Positions 43,852-54,227 of a stretch of DNA of 64,000 nucleotides are shown in pieces. Source of the stretch: an uncultured Bacteroides sp. (GTDB taxonomy: Bacteria > Bacillota > Clostridia > Christensenellales > CAG-917); assembly GCA_964644355.1 (NCBI GenBank), contig CAZXUW010000002.1, forward strand, positions 41,254 to 105,253. The letters are read 5' to 3'. The translations under genes and the position numbers were made by a program. Within the stretch, counting starts at the first letter, position 1. Each line of letters begins with the position of its first letter. The notes under the pieces are model-generated. The model saw nothing but the letters and a program-made list of their open reading frames with translations, searched no databases and was not told where the DNA came from.

Positions 43852-46119
43852 TCATACAATAGATTCATCAATGGAACCGTCCACAGGTTCATCCACTTTC
43901 TCATACATGATTGCCTTTTCTCTGCCTCCACCAAATCCGGTTGGATTGGACAAGACAAGCTTGTATGCCTCATTGATGTTGATGAGCACGTCAAGATTTG
44001 CACCGTCCGAATGCTCGCACATGATTGCACCATACCCCCAGTTGTAGTACACAAGCAACACTTCCGTGCCCTTGTTGGTGGTGACGGTGGCATATATCTT
44101 GCCCTCCGTATCAGGCTCTGCAAATGAGACCGTTGCCGTGAATTTCTTGAATTTTGCCGTGTATTCACCGCTCATCAGGTTGTTCACGTTGGGAGCAGAC
44201 TCAACAGTGACAATGACTCTTGCCACAACTGTGCTCATAAGCTTTGAGCGCATCTCGACGACGTACTCGCCCGCTTGCGTTGCGACAAAGCTGACAGTTT
44301 CGCCATCCTCTGATTGCGTGAGTGTTGCACCACCCTCCGGTCCGCTTGCAATTTGCGGAGTGTAGCTAGGATCAACGTATGCCAAATATTCGCTTGAAAT
44401 GACGGCTCTCATCAGCAAAGATTGCTTGACGTATACTGTTGTTGACAGCTTTTTGTCCTCGGATTGTCTCCAAGAATAGCCGGCATCATTGTATTCATAC
44501 ACGCATGGATACAAGGTCTCCGGCGATGAATATTCCGCATACAACGTCACAACTCTTTCAGTTTTGCTCCTTGACCTAAACACAAGTTTGATTTCACCGG
44601 CAAGACGTGATCTTATCGTCACTCTGTTGCTTCCGTTAATCCACACAGGATCGTTTGTGTCCGAACTTGTGAGCAAAATCTCCCTGTTGCCGTCAATGCG
44701 GTATATCGATATCGGATCCGTATCCAAATTTGCCGTTGCAGGCAAAATATTTCCGATTTCAAGCACGATGTTGTTGCTGTATCCACCCGTCTTGAAGCTT
44801 GGAGTGGTGTTTTCATCATACTCCTCACCAACGACCTTGCCCCTGTACTTAACGTCAAAAGACGATATCATAAAGGCTTCCTCGGTGTAGTTGTGCTCCG
44901 GCTCGTCGGGATAATTCTCCACCAAATCTTGCTTGTACTCGATGACTTCGTTGTACAATGGGTTTCCGCAATTTCCATACAGATATGCAATGCTACTGTT
45001 GGTGTTGGGATCGGCATACAAACCAAATTGATCGGCACTCTGCCCCTTTCCGCTCGGATCTCTCGTGTATGAGTTGACGTACATCACGATGTATTTGATC
45101 GCACCGCCCTCTGTCAGCATAAATCTGCACTCCACGTCGTTGTAGTATTGCGGAGCATAATAATAGCTGAACTTGAACCAATACACGCCTTCACCGCTTG
45201 CATTGATGACGTTTCCGCTTGTATCCTTAACGGCACTCACGGTTTTGCCCGATTTGAAGTCCCTTTGAGTGGATCTTTTGCCCCACAAATAGGCGTTGTA
45301 AAGCAAGCCTTCCGCACCGTAAAATTCCTTGTCAGAACGTGACAATTCATAGAAATAGCCACCCATTTGAAGTTCGGTTGCGGAAAAACGTATGATGTCG
45401 TTCACCGCATATTCGTCCTTCAAAACACCAAAATAATCGCCACTTGACGTCTTTGATATCCAAGTCTCTCTACGCTTGCCGGTGTCGTTGATGTGCAAAT
45501 AATCATTGCCGTATTCATAGGTGAACGCACCGTATGTGTGTTCTTCCTTGCCGGGATTGTAGCCGATGTCGATAAGCCCACTGCCTTGTCTTATCAAATG
45601 CTTGTTCGAGGAGCCGATATACACCGCATCCTCAACAGAATCGAGATCAAACTCCTTTTTGGGCACTTCGATCGTAAAGGCTATCTCGCCATATTCGCTC
45701 TCGAGCACGGCGGACAATCTGCCCTCCGACACGACTGTTGCCTCTTGGTATACTTCGTATTCTTTGTAGCCTGTGCCGTCTGCCGTGAGCCTTGGCAAAA
45801 CAACCGATTGCGTGTGAGTGGAATCTTCCTTGCACACTCTTGTTGCTTCGCCCCTGCCGTTACGCTCATACGTCGGAACGACGGTGACTTCCCATATTCC
45901 CCACACGTGGTTTTCAGGAACTATGGCAACAGGCTCCTCTGCAACCTCACCGCAATCCACACAAGCACCTCTTTGCATGCCCTCGTGCGTGCAGGTCGGC
46001 TCCTTGATAACCTTCCACCTCAGCACTTGATGCGTGTGTCCGCATGCGCTCAATAGCATTGCTCCGACAAGGAGAATGAGAATTGCTATGCCAAAAATCA
46101 ATAATCTATTTCTTTTCAT
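43852..46119 (-). CDS. lipoprotein with N-terminal CxxC/His modules, function unknown
   Basis: Lipobox LSAC. CGHTHQ..EPTCTHEG..GACVDCG and a second degenerate copy. GGAGGG RBS lies directly after the upstream stop. Confidence 0.8.
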   Translation of the reverse strand: MKRNRLLIFGIAILILLVGAMLLSACGHTHQVLRWKVIKEPTCTHEGMQRGACVDCGEVAEEPVAIVPENHVWGIWEVTVVPTYERNGRGEATRVCKEDSTHTQSVVLPRLTADGTGYKEYEVYQEATVVSEGRLSAVLESEYGEIAFTIEVPKKEFDLDSVEDAVYIGSSNKHLIRQGSGLIDIGYNPGKEEHTYGAFTYEYGNDYLHINDTGKRRETWISKTSSGDYFGVLKDEYAVNDIIRFSATELQMGGYFYELSRSDKEFYGAEGLLYNAYLWGKRSTQRDFKSGKTVSAVKDTSGNVINASGEGVYWFKFSYYYAPQYYNDVECRFMLTEGGAIKYIVMYVNSYTRDPSGKGQSADQFGLYADPNTNSSIAYLYGNCGNPLYNEVIEYKQDLVENYPDEPEHNYTEEAFMISSFDVKYRGKVVGEEYDENTTPSFKTGGYSNNIVLEIGNILPATANLDTDPISIYRIDGNREILLTSSDTNDPVWINGSNRVTIRSRLAGEIKLVFRSRSKTERVVTLYAEYSSPETLYPCVYEYNDAGYSWRQSEDKKLSTTVYVKQSLLMRAVISSEYLAYVDPSYTPQIASGPEGGATLTQSEDGETVSFVATQAGEYVVEMRSKLMSTVVARVIVTVESAPNVNNLMSGEYTAKFKKFTATVSFAEPDTEGKIYATVTTNKGTEVLLVYYNWGYGAIMCEHSDGANLDVLININEAYKLVLSNPTGFGGGREKAIMYEKVDEPVDGSIDESIV

Positions 46120-46132
46120 TCTTCATCCCTCC

Positions 46133-47608
46133 TCATATAAACACACCGCAGTCAAACAGCCACTGATTTGTCTCGGATGACATGAAATACGCCTCTGCTC
46201 CGCCTTCACCGTCTCTAAAGAGCGATTGCCAAATGCTGTACCTTTGCAAAAGCAGTTTAAGCTCCGCTGTGACAGGATAGCATCCGTCTTTCACGGCTTT
46301 TGTGGCATAGGTTGTTATAAACTCGTCATAATAATAGAAACAAACGTTGTTATTTTCATCCCTGCCCTCGATTTTTCTATTCTTGAGCAACGGATTTGAA
46401 AATCCCTTACCATCTTCTTCTTCAAACACAAAGGCACCATCTATTTTTGCATACAATATCTTCTTGTTGCCGTTTGAATCGATGACGTAATAATAGTCGT
46501 TGGCTTTCCTTTCTTCAGGCGTTTGAGCACCATCTCCGGCATAGAACACCTTGCTTCCGTCAAGAATTGTGTTGTTTCCGTCAAAATTGCCATACCACCT
46601 GAACGAGCCGGCAATATCGCTATATGCGACATCTGCTATTGCATCGAAATCGTGGGTGACTTCCACCCTTTGCGTATTGTTTGCAGAGCCGTTGGTAAGC
46701 TCTCCGTCTCTGTCGAGAATAAAGTCTACGTACAGCGGGAACACGCCCTTGTCAAGCGTTTCTGCATACAGACGGAAATGATACACGTTGCCAACGGATT
46801 TGAGAGCAACTTCCCAACGGAAATTCTTGGTGAACGTGTTGGATTCACCACCATCGTTCACCGTCTGTGACGGAAACTCCGTAACGAATGCAAACGTGCC
46901 GTTGTGCTGATCGAGTATAGGATTGAGCTTGTTTTGAGTGATGTCTATCATCGACTCAAATGAATAATTGCCCGTGAGTGTCGGTTTGTAAGTAAACCAC
47001 AAGCCGTTTTCAAAGTTGTCTGCCGTGAGCACCGCTCTATATGCACCCGTGGAAGAGAGCAAGAATGAGTGATATCTGTCAAGCCCTGTTGCAGTGGATG
47101 CGTTGTCCGGTTCAAGCAATTCAAACAACTTGATTGTGATGTCTTTTGAATCGGAGTTTGCAAAATAGATGTTCGGGTTGTAGGTGTAACCCTCCGGAGT
47201 TGCGGACAAAGTGACTCTATAGTCACCGTCAAGTCCGCTGACGGATGCAACGCCGTCTTTGTCGAAATATGCGGAATAGAAAGCTCCGTTGATGCTTTCG
47301 ATATCCGTCCAAATGACTTGAATCCCTGCAATGTATGCATACGGAATCTTCTCGCTAAATCTAACGGTGTACACGTCCTCGTCAACGGTTACGTCTCCGC
47401 CTTGACCACCGCCTTGGTTTCCGTCACCATGGTTTGTGCCACTTTGGCTTCCGCCTTGACCGCTTCCACTCTGATTTCCGCCTTGACCGCTTCCACCCAT
47501 TGTGGAATCGACTGCAGGCTTATAATTGCACGCAACCAACGTCACGGCAAAGACAAGAATCATTGCCACAACCAAAAATCTTTTCAATTTTGAGTATGCA
47601 ATTTTCAT
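46133..47608 (-). CDS. lipoprotein with a Gly/Gln/Ser-rich linker and beta-sandwich module, function unknown
   Basis: Lipobox LVAC. Its ATG is 1 nt after the stop of the upstream VWA gene. Confidence 0.8.
   Translation of the reverse strand: MKIAYSKLKRFLVVAMILVFAVTLVACNYKPAVDSTMGGSGQGGNQSGSGQGGSQSGTNHGDGNQGGGQGGDVTVDEDVYTVRFSEKIPYAYIAGIQVIWTDIESINGAFYSAYFDKDGVASVSGLDGDYRVTLSATPEGYTYNPNIYFANSDSKDITIKLFELLEPDNASTATGLDRYHSFLLSSTGAYRAVLTADNFENGLWFTYKPTLTGNYSFESMIDITQNKLNPILDQHNGTFAFVTEFPSQTVNDGGESNTFTKNFRWEVALKSVGNVYHFRLYAETLDKGVFPLYVDFILDRDGELTNGSANNTQRVEVTHDFDAIADVAYSDIAGSFRWYGNFDGNNTILDGSKVFYAGDGAQTPEERKANDYYYVIDSNGNKKILYAKIDGAFVFEEEDGKGFSNPLLKNRKIEGRDENNNVCFYYYDEFITTYATKAVKDGCYPVTAELKLLLQRYSIWQSLFRDGEGGAEAYFMSSETNQWLFDCGVFI
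47449..47496 (-). repeat. 27-nt-period direct repeat encoding the GSGQGG linker
   Basis: TTCCGCCTTGACCGCTTCCAC occurs at 47449-47469 and 47476-47496. Confidence 0.7.
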
Positions 47609-47609
47609 T

Positions 47610-50309
47610 TTATTTCTTTCCTTTGCCAAACAGGCTTTTGATATCCTCCCATTTGAGCTTGCGAACAATGATATCAATGACGAACATTGCAACCGCAATC
47701 GAGAGGAGAACAAGCGTCATATTGACCACATAGCTTGCGACCATATCTTCGTCGTTGACTATTCTTATGACGTCGTCGCCATCCATAACAGTGCCTTCCG
47801 AGCCTATCATCTTGTGAAGAACTGCGATGTCATAGACAGCAAAGCTGTCATAATCCACCAAATATGGCACGTAGTATGAATAATTTGCCGTATAAGTCTG
47901 CAATCCCAAGGATTGATATTCTATCTCTGCCTCGTATTTGCCGACACCTTCAGTTGCAAAACTATACTTGTAGCAATACGTTGCAAATTTCAAATCGCTT
48001 TGGATCACAACTTTTTCATCACTTCCGTTTTGACCGGGCATAGTGAGCGTGATTTTTGCTTTTGTATCCGCACTCACCTTTGCGGGAGTGACGGTTATCG
48101 TGATATATCCGTTGTCCTCAACGGTTTCGAGCACAAAGGGATAATTTGCCTTTTTGCTAGGGATGTTGGTTGAAAGAACGTTTGCAAGGAAGGGTTCTCT
48201 AAGTCGCAAATTTTCCCACTCTGAAGTCTGCGAAACAGTGGACACAAATGAGGACACCTTGCCGTTGCCATAGTTCCAATAGCTGTAAAGAGGAATGTGT
48301 TTTTCCTCATGCAACAATTCAAGAGCCGTGGTTGCACCCGCCTTTGCCTTGCTGTAAATAAAGCCAGTCACGTAGTCTGTCGATACAAATTCCACACCTT
48401 TCAACACTGCATCGGATGAGCGTGAAACGGACACAAACGCAGGTTCGTCAAACACGACGTCCGTGATGTCGTCCAAAAAACCCTCGCCAAACACGACGTT
48501 TTCAAGCATTTCAAGCGAATTTGCATAGAAATACGTTCCGCTTGTGAGATTTGCAATCTTTTCAAGACGAGCTTTTGCCCTTTGTGAATCAAGAGAGGTT
48601 TCATTGTCTCTGCCCACGTCTATGACGGACACAGGGATATGATCTCTGCTGAAGTCCTCCAAAATATTTGTGACCTTTTGATCTTCAGAGATGGCTCCCG
48701 AACCGACGTTTTCAAATGTTCTGCCGTCGCTTATGAGCATAATTTGCTTTTCACTGAAGGACAAGGAGCTGATTTTGTTGTACGCTTCTTGCAAGCCAAA
48801 GCTGATAATTGTGCCGTGCTGTGTTTCTATGGCGTCTATTTTGTCGCATATCTCTTGACGAGAAGAATTGATTTCGTCATCGAATATAGGCGTTGGTGAA
48901 CAAACGGTATAATAGTTGCCGTTGAAGGTGACAATGCAAGCCCAATCCCCCTCTTTGAGGTTGGAAACAAGCTGTTTGCTTGCACTTTTTGCTATAGCGA
49001 TGCGTGAACCGTGACCACCAAAAGCCATACTTGATGATGCGTCGATGACAATCGTATAAAGCTTTGGCGTGCCGTCATCGTTGCCGAATTTGACAGGAAG
49101 CATATTTGCAAGAGTGTCAAGCTCGTCAGAGTCGTGAGTAAACACGTTGCCGTACGTCACAAGGCTCTTACCAAAGGATGAAACCACCGTGTTGAGGTTG
49201 GAGAGGAACAAAACGTAATTGTTTGCTTGCGTCAAATTGACGTTGCTTATGACGATCTCGTCATAACAGCACAGCTCCTCAACCGTAAGCGGAAGCTCGT
49301 CTTTGACTCCAAACACGCTCACTGTAGCTTTGTCGGAGTAATTTGATTTTATTCTTTCAATATCCTCTTGATCTGTTGCAATCAACAAAACATTGACGGC
49401 ATCAGACACCTTTTGCGAGAATTTGATGTTGTTGTTTAGATTGTTCTCGTCCTTCTCTGCATCGACGACAACCTCGTATTCATAATCGCCTTTTACGCTT
49501 GTATCGAGGTTAAAAGTGATCTCGTTGTTGCCCTTTGAGAGAGTGGAACTCTTGTCCTCAAGCTTCAAACTGCCTCTATACAATGACACGGTTGCTCTTG
49601 TTTGAACGTTGCTGCGCACGGTGACAACAACGGATTCTTGCTTGCCACAATACGTATTTTGCGTGGCAACGGCGGAAAGCATTTGCACCTCTTGTGCATC
49701 TTGAGCAAGGTTGTTGTCGATATAGACGGCATCCACCATAATACCCTCTGCCCTCAACGTATCCACAGATCTCTTGAGTGCGTTGGAGTCGGACACGTGC
49801 GTCTGCTTGCCGTCCGTCATGACCACAACTCTCTTGATAACACCGTCTCTAAACAAAGTGCTTGCATAGTCAAACGCACCCTCAATGTCCGTTTCACTTG
49901 CGTCCAACAAGTCAAAATCAGCGGATTTCACGCTCTTCAAAGACTTGCCCAAAGGCACCAAAAGTTGCTGTTCTTTTGCAAAGCAAACAACGCCGAGTCT
50001 TGAATTTTTCGGCAAATTGGCTTGCAATTCTTCAATATAATTGTCTATCGTGTCCAAATTTCTGTCCGCCGAATAGGACACGTCTGCAAGCACGTAGACG
50101 TCCGTTTCAGTGACAGTCGTCTCTACTGTTGTGCCTGCAAGAGCAAAAACTATGCATATTCCCATCAACAAATGCAACACCGCAGACAGAATATTGTGCA
50201 TGTTTGCATTGTCTTTTTTGACAGCCAAAAAGAAGGGTATTGCCAGCAATACCATGACGGGAATCATGATTAACAACAAATAAGCGTTATCGAAGTTGAT
50301 ACTGCTCAT
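47610..50309 (-). CDS. double-VWA membrane protein with BatA-like N-terminal TM domain and a C-terminal TM anchor
   Basis: Two VWA-like cores (VLADVSYSAD ... VMTDGKQT, and VIDASSSM ... LISDGRTFE). Starts at 50309 or 50333 are both possible. Confidence 0.8.
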   Translation of the reverse strand: MSSINFDNAYLLLIMIPVMVLLAIPFFLAVKKDNANMHNILSAVLHLLMGICIVFALAGTTVETTVTETDVYVLADVSYSADRNLDTIDNYIEELQANLPKNSRLGVVCFAKEQQLLVPLGKSLKSVKSADFDLLDASETDIEGAFDYASTLFRDGVIKRVVVMTDGKQTHVSDSNALKRSVDTLRAEGIMVDAVYIDNNLAQDAQEVQMLSAVATQNTYCGKQESVVVTVRSNVQTRATVSLYRGSLKLEDKSSTLSKGNNEITFNLDTSVKGDYEYEVVVDAEKDENNLNNNIKFSQKVSDAVNVLLIATDQEDIERIKSNYSDKATVSVFGVKDELPLTVEELCCYDEIVISNVNLTQANNYVLFLSNLNTVVSSFGKSLVTYGNVFTHDSDELDTLANMLPVKFGNDDGTPKLYTIVIDASSSMAFGGHGSRIAIAKSASKQLVSNLKEGDWACIVTFNGNYYTVCSPTPIFDDEINSSRQEICDKIDAIETQHGTIISFGLQEAYNKISSLSFSEKQIMLISDGRTFENVGSGAISEDQKVTNILEDFSRDHIPVSVIDVGRDNETSLDSQRAKARLEKIANLTSGTYFYANSLEMLENVVFGEGFLDDITDVVFDEPAFVSVSRSSDAVLKGVEFVSTDYVTGFIYSKAKAGATTALELLHEEKHIPLYSYWNYGNGKVSSFVSTVSQTSEWENLRLREPFLANVLSTNIPSKKANYPFVLETVEDNGYITITVTPAKVSADTKAKITLTMPGQNGSDEKVVIQSDLKFATYCYKYSFATEGVGKYEAEIEYQSLGLQTYTANYSYYVPYLVDYDSFAVYDIAVLHKMIGSEGTVMDGDDVIRIVNDEDMVASYVVNMTLVLLSIAVAMFVIDIIVRKLKWEDIKSLFGKGKK

Positions 50310-52215
50310 AACAATACACCATCCAATCCGCAATGAAAATCACGGCAAGAATAATAAACAAAGCAAGCAAGTCGTCATAAATTCCGTCCCTGCCGGCATT
50401 CACTGCATCTCCAACTATGGAGAAGCTATCAGCTTGTGCTATCGTCACACTTTCAGAGTACGGCATCTCGGAGTAAAAATGCAACGTGCGTTCAGAGGTG
50501 CTGTTTCCACTGCCCGTACGCACTTTCAAAGTGTACAAACCAACCTCTGCAAGAGTATAACTGCACTCCGCAGACTCCGTTGACAAATATTCCTCCTCAC
50601 CCGACGGCGTGACAATCATAAGGCTTTGAGTGCCTGAAATCACGTTGATATTGACGATGTCACCGCAGAAATAGTTTGCCTCGTCGATAACTTGCGGGAA
50701 GGTATAATTCAGCAAGTTTTCAAACAGTTGCAAACAATTGAAGGTCAACGGCATATCCGAGTGGTTGAGGCTGAACGCAAACACAACCTCTCTATTGCCA
50801 TAGCCGTTGCTTCCTGCAAACACCGCAGGATTGCCCTCACAAGTAAGCACGGTCAAAAAGTCCGCACTTTGGCTGTATCTGGAATATTTGGATATATACA
50901 TCTCCACAGAGGTATCGATCCCCTTGAGGAGTTTTTTCGTTTCCGATTTTGAAGAAGTGCTGTATCCGAGGATTTTGGTTGAATACTCTCCCGAATCCGT
51001 CTGATAAGCAAATCCCGAGTTGTTCACCGTTGTCGGCGAGAAGAACCACACCGCACCGCTTGTTGGCATTTGTTGAGGCGTGAAGCTGTCAAAGATATAC
51101 AAGCCGTAGTTCAAACCGTTGGTTGCGACGGCATCATAGCTATCTGTTGCCATCACGTCGATCTGCCTGTGTCCCAATGCGTTGAACATGGACTTCAAAA
51201 AGAATGGCGAATCACTCACGATGAGCGTGTTGAAAGACGTGTCTTGCTTGATGTTGTACAGCACGATTTCGTTGTCGGTGCTTATGGCATCGGCATTGTC
51301 AATGACCACTCTTATCGACTGATAATTGCTCACCGACGCACATTGAACGCTAAATTCACTGCCACCGTCATTAACAATCTTTGCAAGCTCGTCCGCATTC
51401 AGGGACACGTTCACCTTGTCCGCCACCTTCGCAACGGATATAGTGGTCTGCCCTGTCGGGGTACTTGCACCGTCAACGTACACGGATATCGTCAAATTTC
51501 CGTCTCCGCCGTATGCGATAACCTTGCCTTTGACAAGCAATCCAGAGCTTTGAATTTCACTCTCTGCGCTCACAATCGCATAATTGACTTCGCTTGCGGA
51601 CACGTTGACTATTTCCACGTTGTCGGAAGATGCATATTCGCTATCCGTCAAAAAATAAATTTTTGACGAGGGTGTTTCATCAAAATACTCTTGTGCATTT
51701 TCAAGAGAGGTATCAAAGTCCGCCTGTGCTCCCGAAATTTCAACTTCACTCAAAAGTTTCAACGCCTGATCTTTGTCGGTAACATTGCGATAAATCACAG
51801 CAGACGTCTCGCCTGCACAAATGAGTGTGTAAGTGCTTCCCTTTTGAGACTGGGTGATGATGCCCTCAACATTGCTCTTGGCTCTGTCAAAGCGAGATAC
51901 GCCCTCTGTTTGGGCGGTCATACTGCCGGACGCATCCAAAATGAAACAATAGTCGTTTGCTTTTCCCGGCAAGATAATCGTCGGATGTGCAATGGCAAGA
52001 GATATGAGAACAACCATCAAAATCTGCAAAAGCAGGCTTATCCATTTTTGCAGTTTGTTGATGGGATTTCTACGCTTGAGAAATTTCTCGCTGAGCGTCC
52101 AAATATACGTGGACGTGACAGTCTGCTCCGTATACTTGTTCTTGATGATGTAAATGATTATTAGGATGGGAACGCCGATAAGTCCCAACAATCCAAGCGG
52201 ATATAGCAAGCTCAT
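50287..52215 (-). CDS. BatA-like VWA membrane protein
   Basis: N-terminus LYPLGLLGLIGVPILIIIYIIK (BatA-type double-TM domain), MIDAS-like FILDASGSM, and a C-terminal TM. ATGA overlap with DUF58. Confidence 0.85.
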   Translation of the reverse strand: MSLLYPLGLLGLIGVPILIIIYIIKNKYTEQTVTSTYIWTLSEKFLKRRNPINKLQKWISLLLQILMVVLISLAIAHPTIILPGKANDYCFILDASGSMTAQTEGVSRFDRAKSNVEGIITQSQKGSTYTLICAGETSAVIYRNVTDKDQALKLLSEVEISGAQADFDTSLENAQEYFDETPSSKIYFLTDSEYASSDNVEIVNVSASEVNYAIVSAESEIQSSGLLVKGKVIAYGGDGNLTISVYVDGASTPTGQTTISVAKVADKVNVSLNADELAKIVNDGGSEFSVQCASVSNYQSIRVVIDNADAISTDNEIVLYNIKQDTSFNTLIVSDSPFFLKSMFNALGHRQIDVMATDSYDAVATNGLNYGLYIFDSFTPQQMPTSGAVWFFSPTTVNNSGFAYQTDSGEYSTKILGYSTSSKSETKKLLKGIDTSVEMYISKYSRYSQSADFLTVLTCEGNPAVFAGSNGYGNREVVFAFSLNHSDMPLTFNCLQLFENLLNYTFPQVIDEANYFCGDIVNINVISGTQSLMIVTPSGEEEYLSTESAECSYTLAEVGLYTLKVRTGSGNSTSERTLHFYSEMPYSESVTIAQADSFSIVGDAVNAGRDGIYDDLLALFIILAVIFIADWMVYCYEQYQLR

Positions 52216-53096
52216 TTCAGCACCCCCATGTTTGTAAGCGATTCAAAGAATATTTTGCCTATCGAATCTTCGTCGGACACCATCAAATAGTCCGCTCCGC
52301 GTGCCAAGCAGAAATCCCTGATTCTGTCCTGAACGTACTCCAACGCTCTCTTATAGGCATTTATAATATCTCTATTTATATTTTTACGATAATACTTATT
52401 CAAATCTTCAGAGTCAAAGAGGTGCATTTTGCCTCTAACTTTCGGATTCAATTCTTCTTGCGAAAGCACTTGAACACAGAGCACGTCTCTCTTTTTTGAG
52501 ATCATGTGATCTATTGCAAGTTCATAATCATTGTCCGTCAAAAAGTCTGAAACAACCACGGACATACCGTTGCCGTATCCCACCTTTGTCGGCAAAATCG
52601 CCTCGCTCAAACTGCTGTCTCCGTCAAACTCTATATCATTCAATTTGCCAATCGAATTGAGATAGGACTCCTTGCCGGAGATGTTTGCAACAACTTCCTC
52701 AACGCTATTGCCCCTCACCGCATAGATTGACACCTTGTCCATTGCAATGATGGACAAATATGCAATCACCGCCGTCATCCTCAACGCCTGCTCCGCCTTG
52801 TGAGCTTTGCCAAAATCCATAGATCTACTTGCGTCGATATAGATGACTGTGTGCAGTCTGCGTTCGTCAAGATATTGCTTTGTGTAAAGTTTATCGAAGC
52901 GTGCAAAAGCGTTCCAATCAATCTTGGAAATATCATCACCGGGCATATATTCTCTAAAATCGGCAAATTCACAAGAGGATCCAAAAGATTTGCTCTTGTG
53001 ATTGCCGCCGAACATGCCGGCTACGTTATTTTTTACAAGCAACTCAAGAAGTTCAACCTCTTTGAGAAACTCGTCTGTTATTGCCAATTTGCTCAT
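52212..53096 (-). CDS. DUF58-family protein (VWA-like, MoxR-associated)
   Basis: REYMPGDDISKIDWNAFARFDKLYTKQY and VIYIDASRSM are hallmark DUF58 segments. Confidence 0.85.
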   Translation of the reverse strand: MSKLAITDEFLKEVELLELLVKNNVAGMFGGNHKSKSFGSSCEFADFREYMPGDDISKIDWNAFARFDKLYTKQYLDERRLHTVIYIDASRSMDFGKAHKAEQALRMTAVIAYLSIIAMDKVSIYAVRGNSVEEVVANISGKESYLNSIGKLNDIEFDGDSSLSEAILPTKVGYGNGMSVVVSDFLTDNDYELAIDHMISKKRDVLCVQVLSQEELNPKVRGKMHLFDSEDLNKYYRKNINRDIINAYKRALEYVQDRIRDFCLARGADYLMVSDEDSIGKIFFESLTNMGVLK

Positions 53097-53190
53097 AAAA
53101 CGCTTCTAAATCTTACACTATCTGCACTTTTGCAGATTGTTTCATTGCTATGCAATGACTTTGCCGCAACGTATCTCTTTATACCTTTGA

Positions 53191-54180
53191 TTATTTGCAG
53201 AGTTTTTTGTTTTCTTCGATGAGACAATCGATAATGTCGTCCACTGAAAGCTTCTCGTTGATTGCGGTGTAGTTGACTTTGATTCTGTGTCTCAACACCG
53301 GATGCGCAAGCGTGTCGATGTCTTGATAGGACACGTTGTAGTTGCCATCCATCAATGCCTTGACCTTTGCACAAGTGATAAGTGCCTGTGCGGCTCTTGG
53401 GGATGCACCGTATTTCAAATACTTCTTTGCAACGGATGATGCAGACGATACTTCGGGGTGAGAATTTGCAACGAGGCTCACAGCATAATGGAGCACGTCG
53501 TCAATGACAGGCATTTGCTTTGCAATCTCTCTCATCTCAAGCACCGTAGCACCGTCAACAACGGCATTTGCAGTTTCATCCATGGTTATCTGCGTCATAT
53601 TGACGATGTCTTTAAGTTCGTCAACAGAGGGGAATTCCATGATGAGTTTGAGCATAAAGCGGTCCATCTGTGCTTCAGGAAGCGGATAAGTACCGTCTTG
53701 CTCGATCGGGTTTTCCGTTGCAAGCACGAAAAACGGCTCGCTAAGCTGATAAGTCTTTTTTGCCACGGTTATCTTGTGCTCTTGCATAACCTCAAGCATA
53801 GCAGACTGCGTCTTTGGCGTTGCACGGTTGATTTCATCGGCGAGCACCAAGTTTGCAAAAATCGGTCCTTTTTGGAATACGGAATTGAGCTTGCCATTCT
53901 CATCCTTTTCAATGATATTCGTACCCGTTACGTCAGACGGCATAAGGTCGGGCGTAAACTGAATTCTGGAAAACGGAAGTCCGAGTGTCTTTCCAAGTGA
54001 ACGCACAAGACGTGTCTTGCCAACGCCCGGGACACCTTCAAGCAACACGTTACCGCCTGCTATAATGGCAATAATAACGTTGTCAATAATTTCGTCTTGA
54101 CCGACAACGTCTTTGTGAAGTTCGTCTCTAATTTTGTTTATTACAAGGCTAAATTCCTTTATTCTTGCTTCGTTTTCCAT
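53191..54180 (-). CDS. MoxR-family AAA+ ATPase
   Basis: Walker A GVPGVGKT, Walker B LADEINRA, and PEAQMDRF sensor region. Length is 329 aa. Confidence 0.9.
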   Translation of the reverse strand: MENEARIKEFSLVINKIRDELHKDVVGQDEIIDNVIIAIIAGGNVLLEGVPGVGKTRLVRSLGKTLGLPFSRIQFTPDLMPSDVTGTNIIEKDENGKLNSVFQKGPIFANLVLADEINRATPKTQSAMLEVMQEHKITVAKKTYQLSEPFFVLATENPIEQDGTYPLPEAQMDRFMLKLIMEFPSVDELKDIVNMTQITMDETANAVVDGATVLEMREIAKQMPVIDDVLHYAVSLVANSHPEVSSASSVAKKYLKYGASPRAAQALITCAKVKALMDGNYNVSYQDIDTLAHPVLRHRIKVNYTAINEKLSVDDIIDCLIEENKKLCK

Positions 54181-54227
54181 ATAATATCTCCATGGTGTTT
54201 ATTTTTGATGTTTGTTTATATCAGACG

